Position numbers and translations under genes: made by a program. Source: Anthoceros angustus (taxonomy: Eukaryota > Plantae > Anthocerotophyta). From it: a stretch of DNA of 64,000 nucleotides. Where the stretch lies: the NCBI GenBank assembly GCA_010909165.1, contig VJWM01000282.1, positions 62,001-126,000 on the forward strand. Reading direction: 5' to 3'. Below, piece after piece: positions 1 through 12,973 of this stretch. The notes below the pieces were generated by a model that did not search any database, was not told where the DNA came from, and saw only the letters and a program-made list of their open reading frames with translations. The stretch's first letter is position 1. Every line of letters begins with the position of its first letter.

Positions 1-1973
1 CCGTTCCCCCACTTGGTATTCACACTCGAAGCTTTGTGTGCCCCCGCAGCAAGGCATTCCACCGTTGCTTTAGTGGCGGCTGCGCTATTGGCCATATGTC
101 CTTTGTTTGGGGAATTCCGCAGTATTCATCGAGTATGTTCCGTGTGGTTCTACCATGAAACCTTGGGTTATTCACGGCATCTTGTCCCTGACCAAATTGT
201 GCTCCTCGGTGACTGGTCCGCATCGCCCTTCATGACCCTCGGCCATCTCATAGGCTTGTTCCATGTGTCTGCGTGCATCATATGCAAGAAATTGGCAATC
301 ACCCTCCTTTGCCTTCCCGGGAGGCTATGTAGATCTGGGCGGCTTCGCGTGTCTTCACACGCGTGTCTTTTACCGCTTGCCTCAACCTCAAGTAAGCGGA
401 TCGGAGAGGTTCGTTATGCTTGATGGTGAACTTGACTCTGAATCTTTTCTATGGGCGATCTGGAAACATGAATTTGGCGAACATCTCATCCACGGTATGT
501 AATGGTGTCACTGTAGAACGGACGCCTCTTCCACCTCATCCACCTTCAACATCTTCTTGGCCATTCTTGCCTTGGCGAAGCGCATCTTGCAAGATCTGGT
601 CCTTGCGGTCCGATAGCACGTTAACGCCTCTCCACGCAAGCGTGCTCATCTTCCTCAATGCCATCTCGGTGTAAACTCGGTTTGTACTTGAGCACCATCT
701 CATCGATTGCCCACCTAAACTTCTCCTCAAAATCGCCCGACATGCGCCATGTCTGCCGATAAACACATCATTCTTGCTAGGCGCTATTTCATATTCCATT
801 CGACTCCTACTCTCTTCAAATGCTATGGATCGGATGGGACTATGCTCCCTCTCAAAGCCGACCACTTGGCCTCTGGTGTGGTCTTGGGTGATGGGATGCG
901 AGTTTCTGGGCCAGGAGTGATCTCGTTTGTCCACCAGGCAAAACACCATAACTTATCAATCCCTTCCTCTCGAGACTATGTATGGCATTCCATCAAAGTC
1001 GATATTGGTTCCCCTTACATCGATCCATGAGCCATGCCGGTTTGTCAATCACTTCATCCCACAACCTCGCCACAAATATCGGGCTCTATTTACGCTAAGG
1101 TAGCTAGGTGCAAAATGGACCACCCGCATAAAAGCACATCTGTAATCTACAGCACTCTCATTATGGTTCACCATCAACTTATCTGTGGTCCACCACTCTT
1201 CGTGGCGTGTTTGGATTCCCTTCAGCCCTCTTGGTTGGATGCCGTTGGCTTCGGTAGCGGATTCGATGTGCAAAATTCGTCCTTCAATCGGGCCTAAGCC
1301 CATCCACCGCACCTCCGGGCCGTGATTGTCAAAGGAACTCGCACCCTTCTTCATTGGGATTCGTATGGCTGCTGTAGAACAAACATCGACAATCCACCGC
1401 TGCGGATTGGAGCCTACTTTATCACGCCTAAATGCTTGGCGCCCTTCGCGATCCACGGGCACCGGTGCGCCGCCAGCGTCAAGAGGGCTGCCGTCCATGG
1501 CGCGCCATAATTCGCCGTGGCGCTGGCCGGTCGAGTCACCCGTTGCTTCACAGCGCGATTCACGGGCCTCGCGGTCACACATAGTTATCGGCGTGCTTGT
1601 GTGTGTGCATGCCTACGAGATGGGCATGCATGCCATGCTCATGCACATCCTAGCTAATCAACATGTCTACTCACAAGTTATCACATCAGGATGTCATGAC
1701 ACCCTCCTCAACTCGGCCCTTTCCAATTACGCGAGCCAGATAATTAGTCCAAGCTTCATGCACACGCCCGAATCGCATAGGGATTAGATAAGGCGGGCCC
1801 TTGATTCTCCAACGACCAACCACGGTCTGGGACAACCTTCGCCGCATCTGCATCTCGGATTCGGGTGAGGTAGTCCTCCTCGTGGAAGGAAGATTCCAAC
1901 CTCTCTTCATCTGAAAGGTGCCTGTGGGAATGTCTCCTCTGGTGACATAGTTCTGTAGTCTTTGCTTTCTTAG

Positions 1974-2331
1974 TATTTTACCATGTTCGGCTCCAAACTC
2001 TCTCATTGCTCGGATCCTCTTGCATCAGCATTATTTTCCTCTTTCCATCCGGCCTTGTATCGGAATAGCTCGTTGCTGCCAACAAATTACCAGTATGGAC
2101 TTGGGTGTCTCGTTTGTTCTTTGCTGGTGCGCTTTCGTTTGCCTTCTTCCGTATTTTACCATGTTCGGCTCCAAACTCTCTCGTTGCTCGAGATCCTCTT
2201 GCATCACTTGTTTCCTCTTTCGACATCCGGCCTTGTATCGGAAATGACTCGTTGCTACTGCCAACAAATTACCAGCATGGACTTGGGTGTCGTGTTGGGT
2301 TCTTTGTCACGGTGCGCTTTCGTTTGCCTTT
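1974..2331. repeat. Tandem direct repeat, 2 x ~178 bp
   Basis: TATTTTACCATGTTCGGCTCCAAACTCTC...CCAACAAATTACCAG.ATGGACTTGGGTGTC...GTGCGCTTTCGTTTGCCTT starts at ~1974 and again at ~2152. Confidence 0.9.
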
Positions 2332-2442
2332 CCTCCTCCGGCCCCTCGACAATCCAGCTGGTCGATAGCTCTCCTGCTTTGGTATAGTAGAAGGGTGGCG
2401 CTGCTATGGGAGGAAGGAGTTTGGGCGGCATGCCGCCCCCTT

Positions 2443-2580
2443 GCTCCGCCACATCCATAAACATGCATGGGGGTTGGGAGGACTCCACACCCTGCAGCGT
2501 AGGCGGCAGGCATCTGCGCCCTCTCTCTCTTGCTCCTACCACATCCATACATGCACATGAGGGTTGGCGGGGACTCCACC
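2443..2580. repeat. Short direct repeat, ~90-bp period
   Basis: CCACATCCATA.ACATGCA..GGGTTGG..GGACTCCAC at ~2449 and ~2539. Confidence 0.75.
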
Positions 2581-4379
2581 ACAGGAGTCGGGCAGGCATC
2601 GGCGCCGCGCGTGGCGGGTTATAAGGGGCTGTGGGCACAAGCATAGAGTCGGGAGGCATGTCATAATCCATTATTAATTGCATCTCTAACCTCGGTTTCC
2701 AAGTCATCCCGCTTCTTCCATCATCTTCGTCGGATTGTCCAAGGATGTCGGGCAATGGTCCATCATGCTCATCTTGAGGCCCAGCTCCTCTTCCTCTGCA
2801 CGAGGTCCTGTCGTGATTTTGGGAGGCTGCCACAGTTCGCCGCATGCTCATTTCTCTCCGGTGGTCCACGATAGGCTGTGACAAAAGCACGATTGCTTAT
2901 AAAGCCCTCGGCTGTTGACACACAAAACCCATAAGCCAACTCACAGCTACATGCAGCTACAAGCGAAATGAAAAGCACAATTCCGAAGCACAACACAATG
3001 TTAGCCAACCCGTCCATACGTGTTGATTCTGTTTAGCCTCTCGGAAGGCAGTTGTCAGCACATATGGGGAACACTTCTTAAGCTTGAACATCCCAAGGCC
3101 CACGGTGATAACCTTGAACTCCTCTGGCATTGGGCGAATTTCATCCAGTTGGTGTGGCTTTGTTGTAAGGAGGATCTCGAATTCCGGTTCCCGTTGCGAC
3201 AAATCCAGACTTGCCCATACAACCCAGCCAACTCTTGCTCGCTGATTTGGCTTAGCTGGTCCAAACCCTGTAACCCACAGCTTCAGAAGCGGTGTCCATA
3301 TGGCCGCATCATCCAGCGCCTCCGCTTCCTGTTGCAAAAACCACTCCTTCCCTAGACAATTAACTGCATCGATTGAGTTAGTCAGGCGCTTGAGGAGCAT
3401 AGTTTCTTCCAAGTTGTATGGCAAAGGCACAGGATCGGGTTGCGTTTTCTTCTTCCCCTTCAAGCCTCCTTGTCTTTCGGGCTCGCCTCCACGTTGTCTT
3501 GGCTTTTTTGAATTCCGGATATTTCTTGGCCCCACCACATCCTTCTTATGCCTCCCGATGCACAGTTGCTGCGGCCTGGCCACGGTCCTTGTCGCGGCGG
3601 CTGCCCGCCATATCCGACTTCCTCCGTCGCCTCGTCGAGTCGCCTTCTTCTTGACTTCGCCTTCAGGTGGATGGTCAGGCGCGCGCTAGGTCCTTCTTGC
3701 TCGGAGAGCCCTCCCGATGCCATGATTTCCGCCACAAGGAAGCGGGCGCATCAACCAGTGAAATCACGTAGAGTTCTCACTGCGAGGTGGAAAGCATTGG
3801 GGAGAAGAACACCTCCTTCCTTGCGTGGGGATGATCCTCAAAGGCCCTGGCGCATCCACACAGCGTTGAACTCCCTCTTCTCGCCCGCTCGCGAGTCGCA
3901 TGCGATCCACAAAGTTGAAGGGGACGTAAAGCCCGTTTTGTGTGTGGGACTGTGGGAAATGGTTTTAAAAGACCTTATCGCCGGACAAAGTTAGGGTTCC
4001 CCTTCATTGCCGATTCACCGTAACCTCCATGGATTCGCGATCGTACATATATAAATTCCATTTTAGGACAATGTCCTAACTACACCTCTTAATGGTGGTG
4101 TCGTTTTGGCGGTGGGCGCGCCATTACGATGGCGTGCGATTGTTTGCCGTTATAGGTCTACAACTTGTGCATTGAGCGGCCAGCGCCTTTTCGGTGCGTT
4201 GGGCGTTGAAGTTGGTGGCTTGGCGTTATATCCCTTTTCCTAGGAGAACACACTTTCGTTTGTGTGGGTGAAGTGGCACTGCGAGAATGTTACGAGACTC
4301 ACACCGCATGGGCGTGAAGTGAGCGATCTTTGTTGTATCCAATGCACTCCATGCAATAATGTTCCCCTTGATGTTCTTC

Positions 4380-7300
4380 TCCAGCTAAACTTCGTTTTCA
4401 TGTTGCGGGAAGGAGGACTTGCTTGTCATCATGATTCAACCGATGGGCCTGCAAGAAAAAGGAAGCGCAATGCAAGATTGAAAAGTCGATCCTCTCCCCA
4501 TGATGCCGCACAACACACAGTCTCCAAATGGCTTGTGGGTAGTAGATGGTGTGTGTTACTGCGTGCATTTCTGTCTCACGTTGCCAACGGTGACCCAGGC
4601 GACCCAGTGTCACCAAATCTTTGGCGTGTTTGCGGATGAAGGTTGGAGGAGGCGGGTCAGACCTCACCAAGGATTCCTCGGGGTCCTCGTACACCAAGGA
4701 ACATCAATTTGTATTCATGTGGAGGCGGAGTCCTAGTGGCCGCGCCATGAAGAAGCGAATAGTTCCCACGCACGTGCGTCGGGGTTGTTTCCAATTGAGG
4801 AAAGGAGGTGTTCTTGGAAATCCCTCGTCGATGCACCTTTAGTGAGGCAGGAGGAAGGCGGCCGCCGACGCGTCATTCCACCCCAAACCCAGCGAAACAT
4901 TTGTGGCGCCACGGACATGCAATCCGTGGTTCGAGAGAAGGCGGGCAAGTGGAGTTCCTTTGTCGGCGACTCGGCGTGCACGCGGCGGACTTAGGAAGCC
5001 ATCTTGCAACAAGCAATGCGTCGATCAATGTCTAAGGCCAATTTCCATGAGCAAGCGTTATCGTTTTTTGCGAATGGGGAGGCGAGCAAGAGACATTTCT
5101 TGATCCCTCACGGTCGTGGACTTACAGGCCACGAGAAAGGACAAGGTCATCACGCATATAATGGGGCGGCGCATTCGGTGTTGTTTGCAAGCTTTTGAAG
5201 AGTATCGCATCGGCTCGAGAGAGTACGAGGAGTTGAAGAGCGGTGTTATGCAATGCACCGTGGGATGGGTCAAGAGTGAATCGACAACCATCTACACACG
5301 CAGCCGTTGCACTGGATGGATATTTTCAAGTGATGGCGGAAAGGCTTCCAAGCGTTGATGTGTTCCACGGACACGTTCTCAAAGTTGGAGATCTGGGCCC
5401 GGATCGCGGATATGACACGGTCTAGTATGCGATTGTATCCTATTTTCGACCTACGGAGGACCAACTTCCGAAGGTTAGGATTCCAAAGTCTAATAGGTTT
5501 TCCACTTGCTCTTTATGTGAAGGATGAGCGCACCATCCAAACACTTGTAGAGACCAAGGTTTGTTCTTCATATCCTGCTGGGATGTGCATAGTTTCTAAG
5601 AACCATTTTTGCGGAAGGATGCATGGCCCCTGTTTACATGTCTGTCGAGTGTATATGCATATGTGGCTTCTTAAAAGGTGGGCCAGCTTCGTCTCGTTGT
5701 CGCGGAGGTGTGGCAATGTAGATACCAATGTGCAAGACTCACATAGGTTGCACTAGGCGGAAGAGTGCTTCCATTGTCTTGGGCCCAGCACCCTTCGGTA
5801 CATGGGGTGGCAGCGGCTCAGCGCCCCTCTGAGGCCGTGCCCCAAAGCTTTTCCATGTCGGTGGGGAGGGGGAGGGCAGCATGCGCGCCCCTCAGCGTGG
5901 TCTTCACCCATGTTCATGTTATTTACCTGGTTGTGCAACAATACTAATAATACTGTCGTCTCCATTTTTGCAGAGGGGTTTATGAAGGAGCTTTGGCATC
6001 ACACAGTGCGACTAAGCAATGAGAGAGACAAAGCGACAAAACATCGGTCCAAAAGTTATAGTCAGCCCCACAAGTATATGCGACTTGCTATCGATGGCAT
6101 GGACGGAAGAAGAGAGCTCCCTCATTTCCTCCGTTATCCCAAAGAGTTGGCGAGGCATCACTTATTAATGTTCATGTGGTGGGATGTATGATACATAATT
6201 ACACTTTCAAGGCGAGGCATATTTACACTCGCTAATCACTGCATGGCGTAATCTCACTATCCATATAATTCGAGGATGTCATATTTTCTTACGAAGGGTG
6301 CTTCCTAAAGTTCTTTACCTCCTTGATAATACTTGCGAGAACAAGAACCAGCTACTATTCGCGTACCTAAATATGCTCATCGACCTTGTGTTCGTTAAAA
6401 TAAAGGTTGGGTTCCTATTGGTTGGTCATACCCATGATCGAGTTGATCAAATGTTTTCTTGTTTCTCAAGCTTCTTAGGCACAGAAGCGTTTACTATTGA
6501 TACACTTTGGAGATTTTGTGCTTTCACCCCTAGCACTTGAAGTTAAAGTAATAGAGGTGGCGATTTTCGGTCTTATGTATGGCCCATTAAGAAGGGGCGA
6601 GAGGATATGCATACAAGGCGGCGGAATTGAATAATCTTTCCTTCCAACATCAATTTAAAATCACGAGAGAAGGCGGGACCGAGGAAAGTTACGGTCATTC
6701 AGTAAGAGACTCAACATCCCTCAATGGGAATCGAAGATGGGTTGGAATTTTGAAATTTGTTCCATCAACCACGTCACTCCCTCATGCCGAGACAAAAGGG
6801 TCAAGATGGAGGTCTTTCACCAACGGTGTGGCGCACTTGAAGCATGGCTTACTTGGCGGCGTATATCACGCCATCGGAGAGGGTGGTGGAGGTTGTTTGG
6901 GTCGACCGAGGAATTGCCACTATTGTGGAGAACAATATTGCTCTAGTGCTTAAACAACCGTGGTGGTGGTACAACAAGAAGGAGGTGGATGAAGCCTCAG
7001 CAGGGGAGCTCACGAGGAATGCAAGTCGACAACATCAAGAAATAGAAAGGATGAATGGAGATGTCAAAGAGATAAGGAAGGGCATGTTCATTGCAACTCC
7101 ATGCTCGGAGATACACATACAGGGCTTTACGGATTGGGAAGGTGGAAAGCGTAGACTTGATTGCGAACCCATTTCTTATGGTCCACTGGTATAGGGGCAC
7201 CGATGCTTTTGAAGGAAATATGTTGAGAGTTCTTTGTTAGAGGACCAATCGGCGATCGCGAAATGGGAAGAGTGGGAAGAAATTTACCCAAAAACATTGA

Positions 7301-7450
7301 AACTATTTGTGAATAAGACTATTATTCTCTATTATGGGTTCAACCTCAATGCAAGAAAGCACCTTTACGCTTGACAAGAAGGCTATTCGAGATAGAATGA
7401 ATCCGACCTTATCTGCGGCACAGAGGAGGGCGGTGACCAGGAAGTGGATG
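4380..7450 (+). pseudogene. DDD transposase, Sola-like (GHTH.xIDQ / DUF7869-type), frameshifted
   Basis: Motifs in the expected order: PKVRIPKSNRFSTCSLC (~5468-5518), KYMRLAIDGMD..ELPHF (~6071-6128), LPKVLYLLDNTCENKNQLLFAYL and VGFLLVGHTHDRVDQMFS (6298-6460). Candidate intron GT 5559..AG 5973. Family label is from recalled motifs. Confidence 0.75.
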
Positions 7451-9172
7451 ATGGATGTCCTTTGGTTGACGAAGGAATTCAATGTCCCGAAGACTAGAGA
7501 TTTTAGGGTTTTGTGTTCACGATATAGTCAGCGTATGTTGGGTTCCGAGTTTCATACTCGGCCGGCATTACTAGATAGGTTGGCTGAACACTGCTCGCAC
7601 GTTTGGACATCGCTATGTAATGGCGTTTACCGGGTCCATGCTTTTACGTGGTCTACGGTTGTATTGCGGATGTCGGTGGGCTGCGGCATCTTGGCTTCAC
7701 CATTGACAATACCCTAGCCCGGAGAGTTCACTCCTGATATGTTTGTTTCATGCCGGCGCCTCCACTGTTTACACCTGCCCTACAAACGGTAGAAACAAGT
7801 TTTCTCTTGTGCCAATCTGTTTTCTCTTTTGAAGCACTAATCCATGAAGAAGGTGGGAGTCGACAAGTACAAAACACATACCAGAGGCATGCAAACGGCA
7901 ATTGCATTGCATGATTTCGGGAAGATGGAAGCGAGGGGACTGCCTTCTGCGTGTTGAATTTCCATTGTCATCTCAATAGTTATTACACCCTCCTTAAGCA
8001 GTTTTCCAAAATCATATACCCTTCATGTACTGAATGTATAACAAGAGGCCTCTCTCGTGCCCTCTTCGCTGCCACCGACAGAGTGTCATGTATGGGCATT
8101 ATTTCAAGGCAAATGTGTGCCTACCGAGGTTGTATCTCCCTTTTCCAGCCCACCTCATGGCATGTTCCCGGCTTCCTGCACACAAAGCAACCGTACTTTT
8201 GAAACATTTTTTGTGGAAAATGGCAGGAACAGGCGTTTCGTTCCCATGTTCCCGCCGGTTACCAGTATATTCATTGGAAAAGCCGCTTCCTGTTTATTCC
8301 GACGGTATGAATATTATGGTGTTGAAGCATAGTCTTAACTTTCTCTAGTTGTGGAGTATTATTACTGAAAAGAACGCAATCATCCACGTAAAGTGCGAGA
8401 ACAACAAAAAGACCACCCTGGGAAAGGTAAAACACATTGCTGTCCATGATTGTAGAAAACAGAGCTTCTTCAAGTACTTCACAATCCGCTTTATGCCATG
8501 CTCTTGGACTTTGCTTAGTAAATTGTCTTTAGCGACTTGCAAACTTTCCTAGCCCATTTTTGTTGATGAAGCCTTAGTTCTTTGTATATAACACTTCTTC
8601 TAACTCCCCATGCAGAAAGTTGTGGTGGGAGGTTCACGGGACCCCGGAACCCCTCGGCCAGCCATGGCAGCCACACTTATCCACCGTCGGTTGTCGGTAA
8701 TAGGTTTTGTTCCCACGAAGAGTGGGGAGCCTTCCACTTGCGGATGGAGGTGCCCTCTGACCTCTCGACTCCTTGACCCTCCCGTGCAGGCGCCCGGTGA
8801 CTAAGCGCCTCCTACTAGCGCCTGCCCACTAGGTAAGTCACACTACCCTACGCCATGACTCGTGGCGCGGACCTCGTCGCGAGCCGCCCAATCTGCAATG
8901 GCGACCATGGGACACCCCATCACCGTCTGATGGGCAATCCTCCCACCAGCGCAAATCCTACACTCCCTAAGACCCTTCTCCTGAAAAATTTGGGGCCACC
9001 CCCTCAAGCTCTTGTCACAGCCCTTGAAATTTCACCTTCACCTCTCTTTTCTAGATTGCTCTCACACTTTTCTTCCTCCTCTCTTCTCTTTTTGTCTTTT
9101 TCTCTTTTCTCTCTTGCTCCTTCCTTCTCCGGACTAAAACCTTCATCAGCCACATCACGCACTTTCTTGACA

Positions 9173-11700
9173 TGTCACAAGTACGTTTGGGTCATGGTCT
9201 TGTGCCTTTGTATGATGCACAAATCCATGTTATTGCTGGTTGCCTTTTACATGCTGTTTGGGCATCTCCTTGTCGAGTGTGTGTGAATGCCTAGTGTACA
9301 TGTTGATTGTAACCTTAGTTGGCCATCCTTGGGGACATGACGAGAAAAATTTAGTCTTTGCGATCTGGTTCATTTGAGGTGTAGCAGTTGCATGTACCAA
9401 AAGGCTGTGAGCTCGCTGGCAAAGCGTGGGTTTGTAAGCTTTCGACTCATTTGTGTGTAAATGCTTAGTGTAGATGTTGATTGAACTTCAATTAGGCATC
9501 CTTGGGGACTTGTGGGCAAATTGTGGCCTTTGGTGTTCAAGTTCATCGAGGTGTGGCGGATCGCATGTGTGCGGTGAATTCTACTACGCTTTTGTGAGGA
9601 ACACCGGACATTCAAGTAGGGCGGCGGAGCTTTGAGAAGTTGAAGCCATTTTTTGAAGAGCTGCAGGCGTAATCTTTGTTGTTCAGGTATCATGTGGAGA
9701 TGGCCTTTTTGAAGGATGCGTTGAATGGCCTCAGTGGGACTCTCTCTTGTCCATCCGTGGTCTTTGCCATTGTTCTTGTGAGGTCATGCTTTGCCGGTAC
9801 ATCTCCCATTGTTTGTAATGCTCCCTCCACATGTGTGGCGTCGGTGAGGCCTTTGTCAAAGTGCTCTTTGTGCGGCGGTGATGCAGTTGGCATGCTCTGG
9901 CATGTCTGCGCAAGGCACTTGTGTCCTATGTGGGTGAATAAGCTTAAGTTACATCATGGAGACTTATAAATGTTGACCTAATGCTCTTCTAAAATGGAGA
10001 TGCTTCCAATACCAAGTTGTGGGCAAGGATGTGGATGGGCGGGATAAGAAAGCGGATCAAACTTGTCTTCATGGAGACACATCAGAATTTGTTGAGTTCT
10101 TCAAGGGCAAGTTGAAGGATTTCATTCTCCATGACTTTGTTCGTGATGGCGGGGAGTTCCATTGCCTAGAGTGGTTTCCATCGATGTGGTTGTCTCGGTT
10201 ATGGATTTTTCGAATTACGCATTGGTCCAAGATGAAATCCAGTCCATGCATTGGCGGAATGACCGGTTTCCATCCTCCGTTACGGTTTTCTGAAATGGCC
10301 CCTAGATCGACAACCGCAAACATTGAAATACTACCACTTCTACATCGTGACGACCTTGTGCATGACTCTTCGTTCAACCTTTGTTTTGATGAAGCGGTGG
10401 ATGTTGGATTCGGGGTTCCCAAGACCTCGGGAGCATTGGTCTTTGGTCGGATGGGCGACAAGTCAATTCAAGGCATGTCGACCTTCATACTTCATCTCCG
10501 GTACCCTAGCGGTGGGCGCAACATCTTGTGGTCATACTTTGGGAGTGGCCATGGCAAGGGAGAGCATGATGGTGCGGTGCTATTTTGAAGAGCCCTTAGA
10601 GTGAGTCCTCTCCCACGGCGGGGAGGTTGCAAAATCATGGTGATGTTGTCCGATGCAGAACACATTTCTGCTGCACAAGCTCTTATGCATCTGGGCAGCA
10701 TGGAGTGCATAGAAGTTTCGTGGCAAGGATGAGGTGAATCGGAGGGTGAAATATGCTTGTGACCCCATACCGGGTCCAAGAAGATGCATAGCCTGTATGG
10801 GGCTAGTGTGGCGGATCGAACAGCGAAAATCGCCTGTCTTGTTTTTGCAGTGTATGGAAAGCAACCATGATGCTTGAGAGAGTTCCTCACGCTTTTGGAA
10901 TTTAGTTAAGATTAGACCACATCTTTGATGGTCACTCCTCGGATTACGGCAGGCAATTCCTTTACTTAGGGACGCTCTCCTTGCTTCTGGCGCTCGATGA
11001 TGGTGTGGATCTCTCGGTTGGCGGACCTCTTGGAAGTCGGTGACAACTTCATGGTTTTTGCCAATAAAGAAGATGAGGGCCAAGAATTCTACCTTCTGCG
11101 AGGTGAAGCACACGCTTAGCACAAGCCGATCTCGCCCTTGGAGCCGGTCACACATCGGTGAAGTGGTGGTTAGTCGATGTTACATGTTGCGGAAGAATAT
11201 TCGTGTCTGTACCTTGCCTCTAGAAGAGAGCGTGTTCAACGGTGAGTTAGTCAAACTATGCAAGTTTGACATGGTCCATGCAGGATGGTGACGAGTTGTT
11301 ATCGTCCTATCATCGGATGCTCGGCCGTAGTGGACTCCCTTGTGGAGAGAAATGATCGATCCTTAGGTTGTTTTGATGTGGAGTGGTTGTTGTTTTGGTG
11401 TGGAGTGTGCAAAATCTCATTGGACTGGACGGAGATTGTTGGCATGTCATTCCGCTTATCGTTGTTTCCTTGATCCATGAAGATAGCTTGTTTGTATCCA
11501 ATGATGATCCAATAATGCATGGTCGGTGTATAAATTGGAATGCGTTGAGTCGTGGGCACCGGTCATTTTCCAGCTCGAGAGATATTGTGACTTTATAGAG
11601 CGGTAAGTTGTGTCCTTGAACCATGTAGATAATTTCCAACAATGAAATGCATCTGGCGATATGTACGGTTTTTGCAGCTCTTCACAGAGGTGCGCCATTT
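9173..11700 (+). pseudogene. DDD transposase, second Sola-like clade (GHGKG..DG type), frameshifted
   Basis: MDFS(E)NY and DEIQSMHW (10201-10253), SDG..SQFKA.RP.YFIS (~10447-10499), ILWSYFGSGHGKGEHDGA (10522-10576). CT-rich leader at 9050-9130. Start and end approximate. Confidence 0.75.
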
Positions 11701-11902
11701 GGCACAATGACAAAAGTTTGGAGGAGATCATGAAACATTGAATTCATCTTGAATTCAACTTCCTTGACCATACACGTGTGGTGGTGGGATGGAGGCATGT
11801 CGGCAAGGGTTGAACAAGATGCGAGACAAGTATGGACGTGGCTTTATATAGCGGCGGTATGTTCCCTTCAAGTTGGTTACATGTGCACTTATACAGTTGT
11901 TC

Positions 11903-12466
11903 ACTTTTCTTGCCATGTGATCCTCGCATGTTCCGTGGTTACATGGGCACTTGTGCATGGCTCACTCTTCTTGCCTTGTGGTCTGGCATGTTCCGTGGTT
12001 ACATGGGCACTTGTATATGGCTCACTCTGTTGCCTTGTGGTCTGGCATGTTCCCATGGTTACATGGGCACTTGATGGGTTCACTTTTGCCATGTGGTCGT
12101 GATATGTTCCAGGTTATATGGGCACTTATACATGGTGTGGCATGGTGTACTTCTCTTGCTATGTGGTCGTGGCATGGTGTACTTGTCTTGCCATGTGGTT
12201 CTGATCCGTGGTTACATGGGCACTTGTGCATTAGTGTACATGTCTTGTCATATTCTGGTCCGTGGTTACATGGGCACTTGTATATTGGTGTACTTGTCTT
12301 GCCATGTAGTTCTGATCCCGTGGTTACATGGGCACTATATTAGTGTACTTGTCTTGCCATGTGGTTACGGTCCCGTGGTTACATGGGCACTTGTATCTTC
12401 TTCTTGTACTTGTCTTGCCATGTGATCAAGGCTTGTTTTACGGTTGCTGCCGTTACATGGCTACTT
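11903..12466. repeat. Array of degenerate ~45-60 bp repeats, probably transposon subterminal repeats
   Basis: Core CCGTGGTTACATGGGCACTTGT and CTTGCCATGTGG recur about 8-10 times just downstream of the second transposase. Confidence 0.85.
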
Positions 12467-12469
12467 CAA

Positions 12470-12678
12470 AGTTAGAGATGCATGTCTTGAGCGTCTTGCA
12501 TCAAGCGGATGCTTATTAACAATGAATATTAGGTTCATGGTGGGCTTATAAAGGATGGTTACGAGGGGTGTGTCCTTTCACTAGCAGCTAGTTAACTAAC
12601 TACCAACTAGCTGAGTCTAGTTTGACTAATCCACATTGGGTCAGTCTAGTCCTTAACCAACATGCACTATTTCTAACT
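12470..12678 (-). repeat. 3' LTR of Copia A (~209 bp)
   Basis: Ends are inverted repeats (AGTTAGAGAT...ATTTCTAACT). Abuts a PPT. Minus-strand TATA-like CTTTATAAG. The partner LTR is not in the window. Confidence 0.6.
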
Positions 12679-12687
12679 CTCCCTCTC
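12679..12687 (-). promoter_or_regulatory. Polypurine tract of Copia A
   Basis: Minus strand GAGAGGGAG directly before the LTR and downstream of RNase H. Confidence 0.65.
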
Positions 12688-12973
12688 GGACACGTTGAGT
12701 TATCGAGATCTCCTTAAAACAAAGGAGACCACTCGTTGTCAGTCTTGCAATGTGCTGATCTTCCACTACTTTGTCTCAACTCGCGGTGTACTCCCTCATG
12801 GCGGCTCACAGTGACTCCGAGTAGTACACGGTTGTGGCGGGCGAAGCAAATATGCGCAGCTGTCAACTTCAAGTGATGGAACAAAAGATGATAAGCCTCA
12901 CCATATGGTGACTTGTCTAGCGTCATAAAGCTACTACGGTCTACTAATCCAAGCCCTTCTCTTGTGGCGGTGT

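Larger units (their letters stand above)
536..3722 (-). pseudogene. Transposon-associated accessory gene of unknown function (probably spliced), divergent from the transposase at 4380
   Basis: Clean protein-like exon 3020-3583 (K-rich N-terminus, then PDPVPLPYNLEETMLLKRLTNSIDAVNCLGKEWFLQ...). Candidate intron 3019(GTATGG)..2912(TTGTGTGTCAACAG). Further frameshifted minus-strand ORF pieces down to 536. Boundaries approximate. Confidence 0.45.

Noticed and set aside
11903-12466. CRISPR-like repeat array
   Set aside because: Repeats are degenerate, the intervening sequences resemble each other, there are no cas genes, and the context is eukaryotic transposons.
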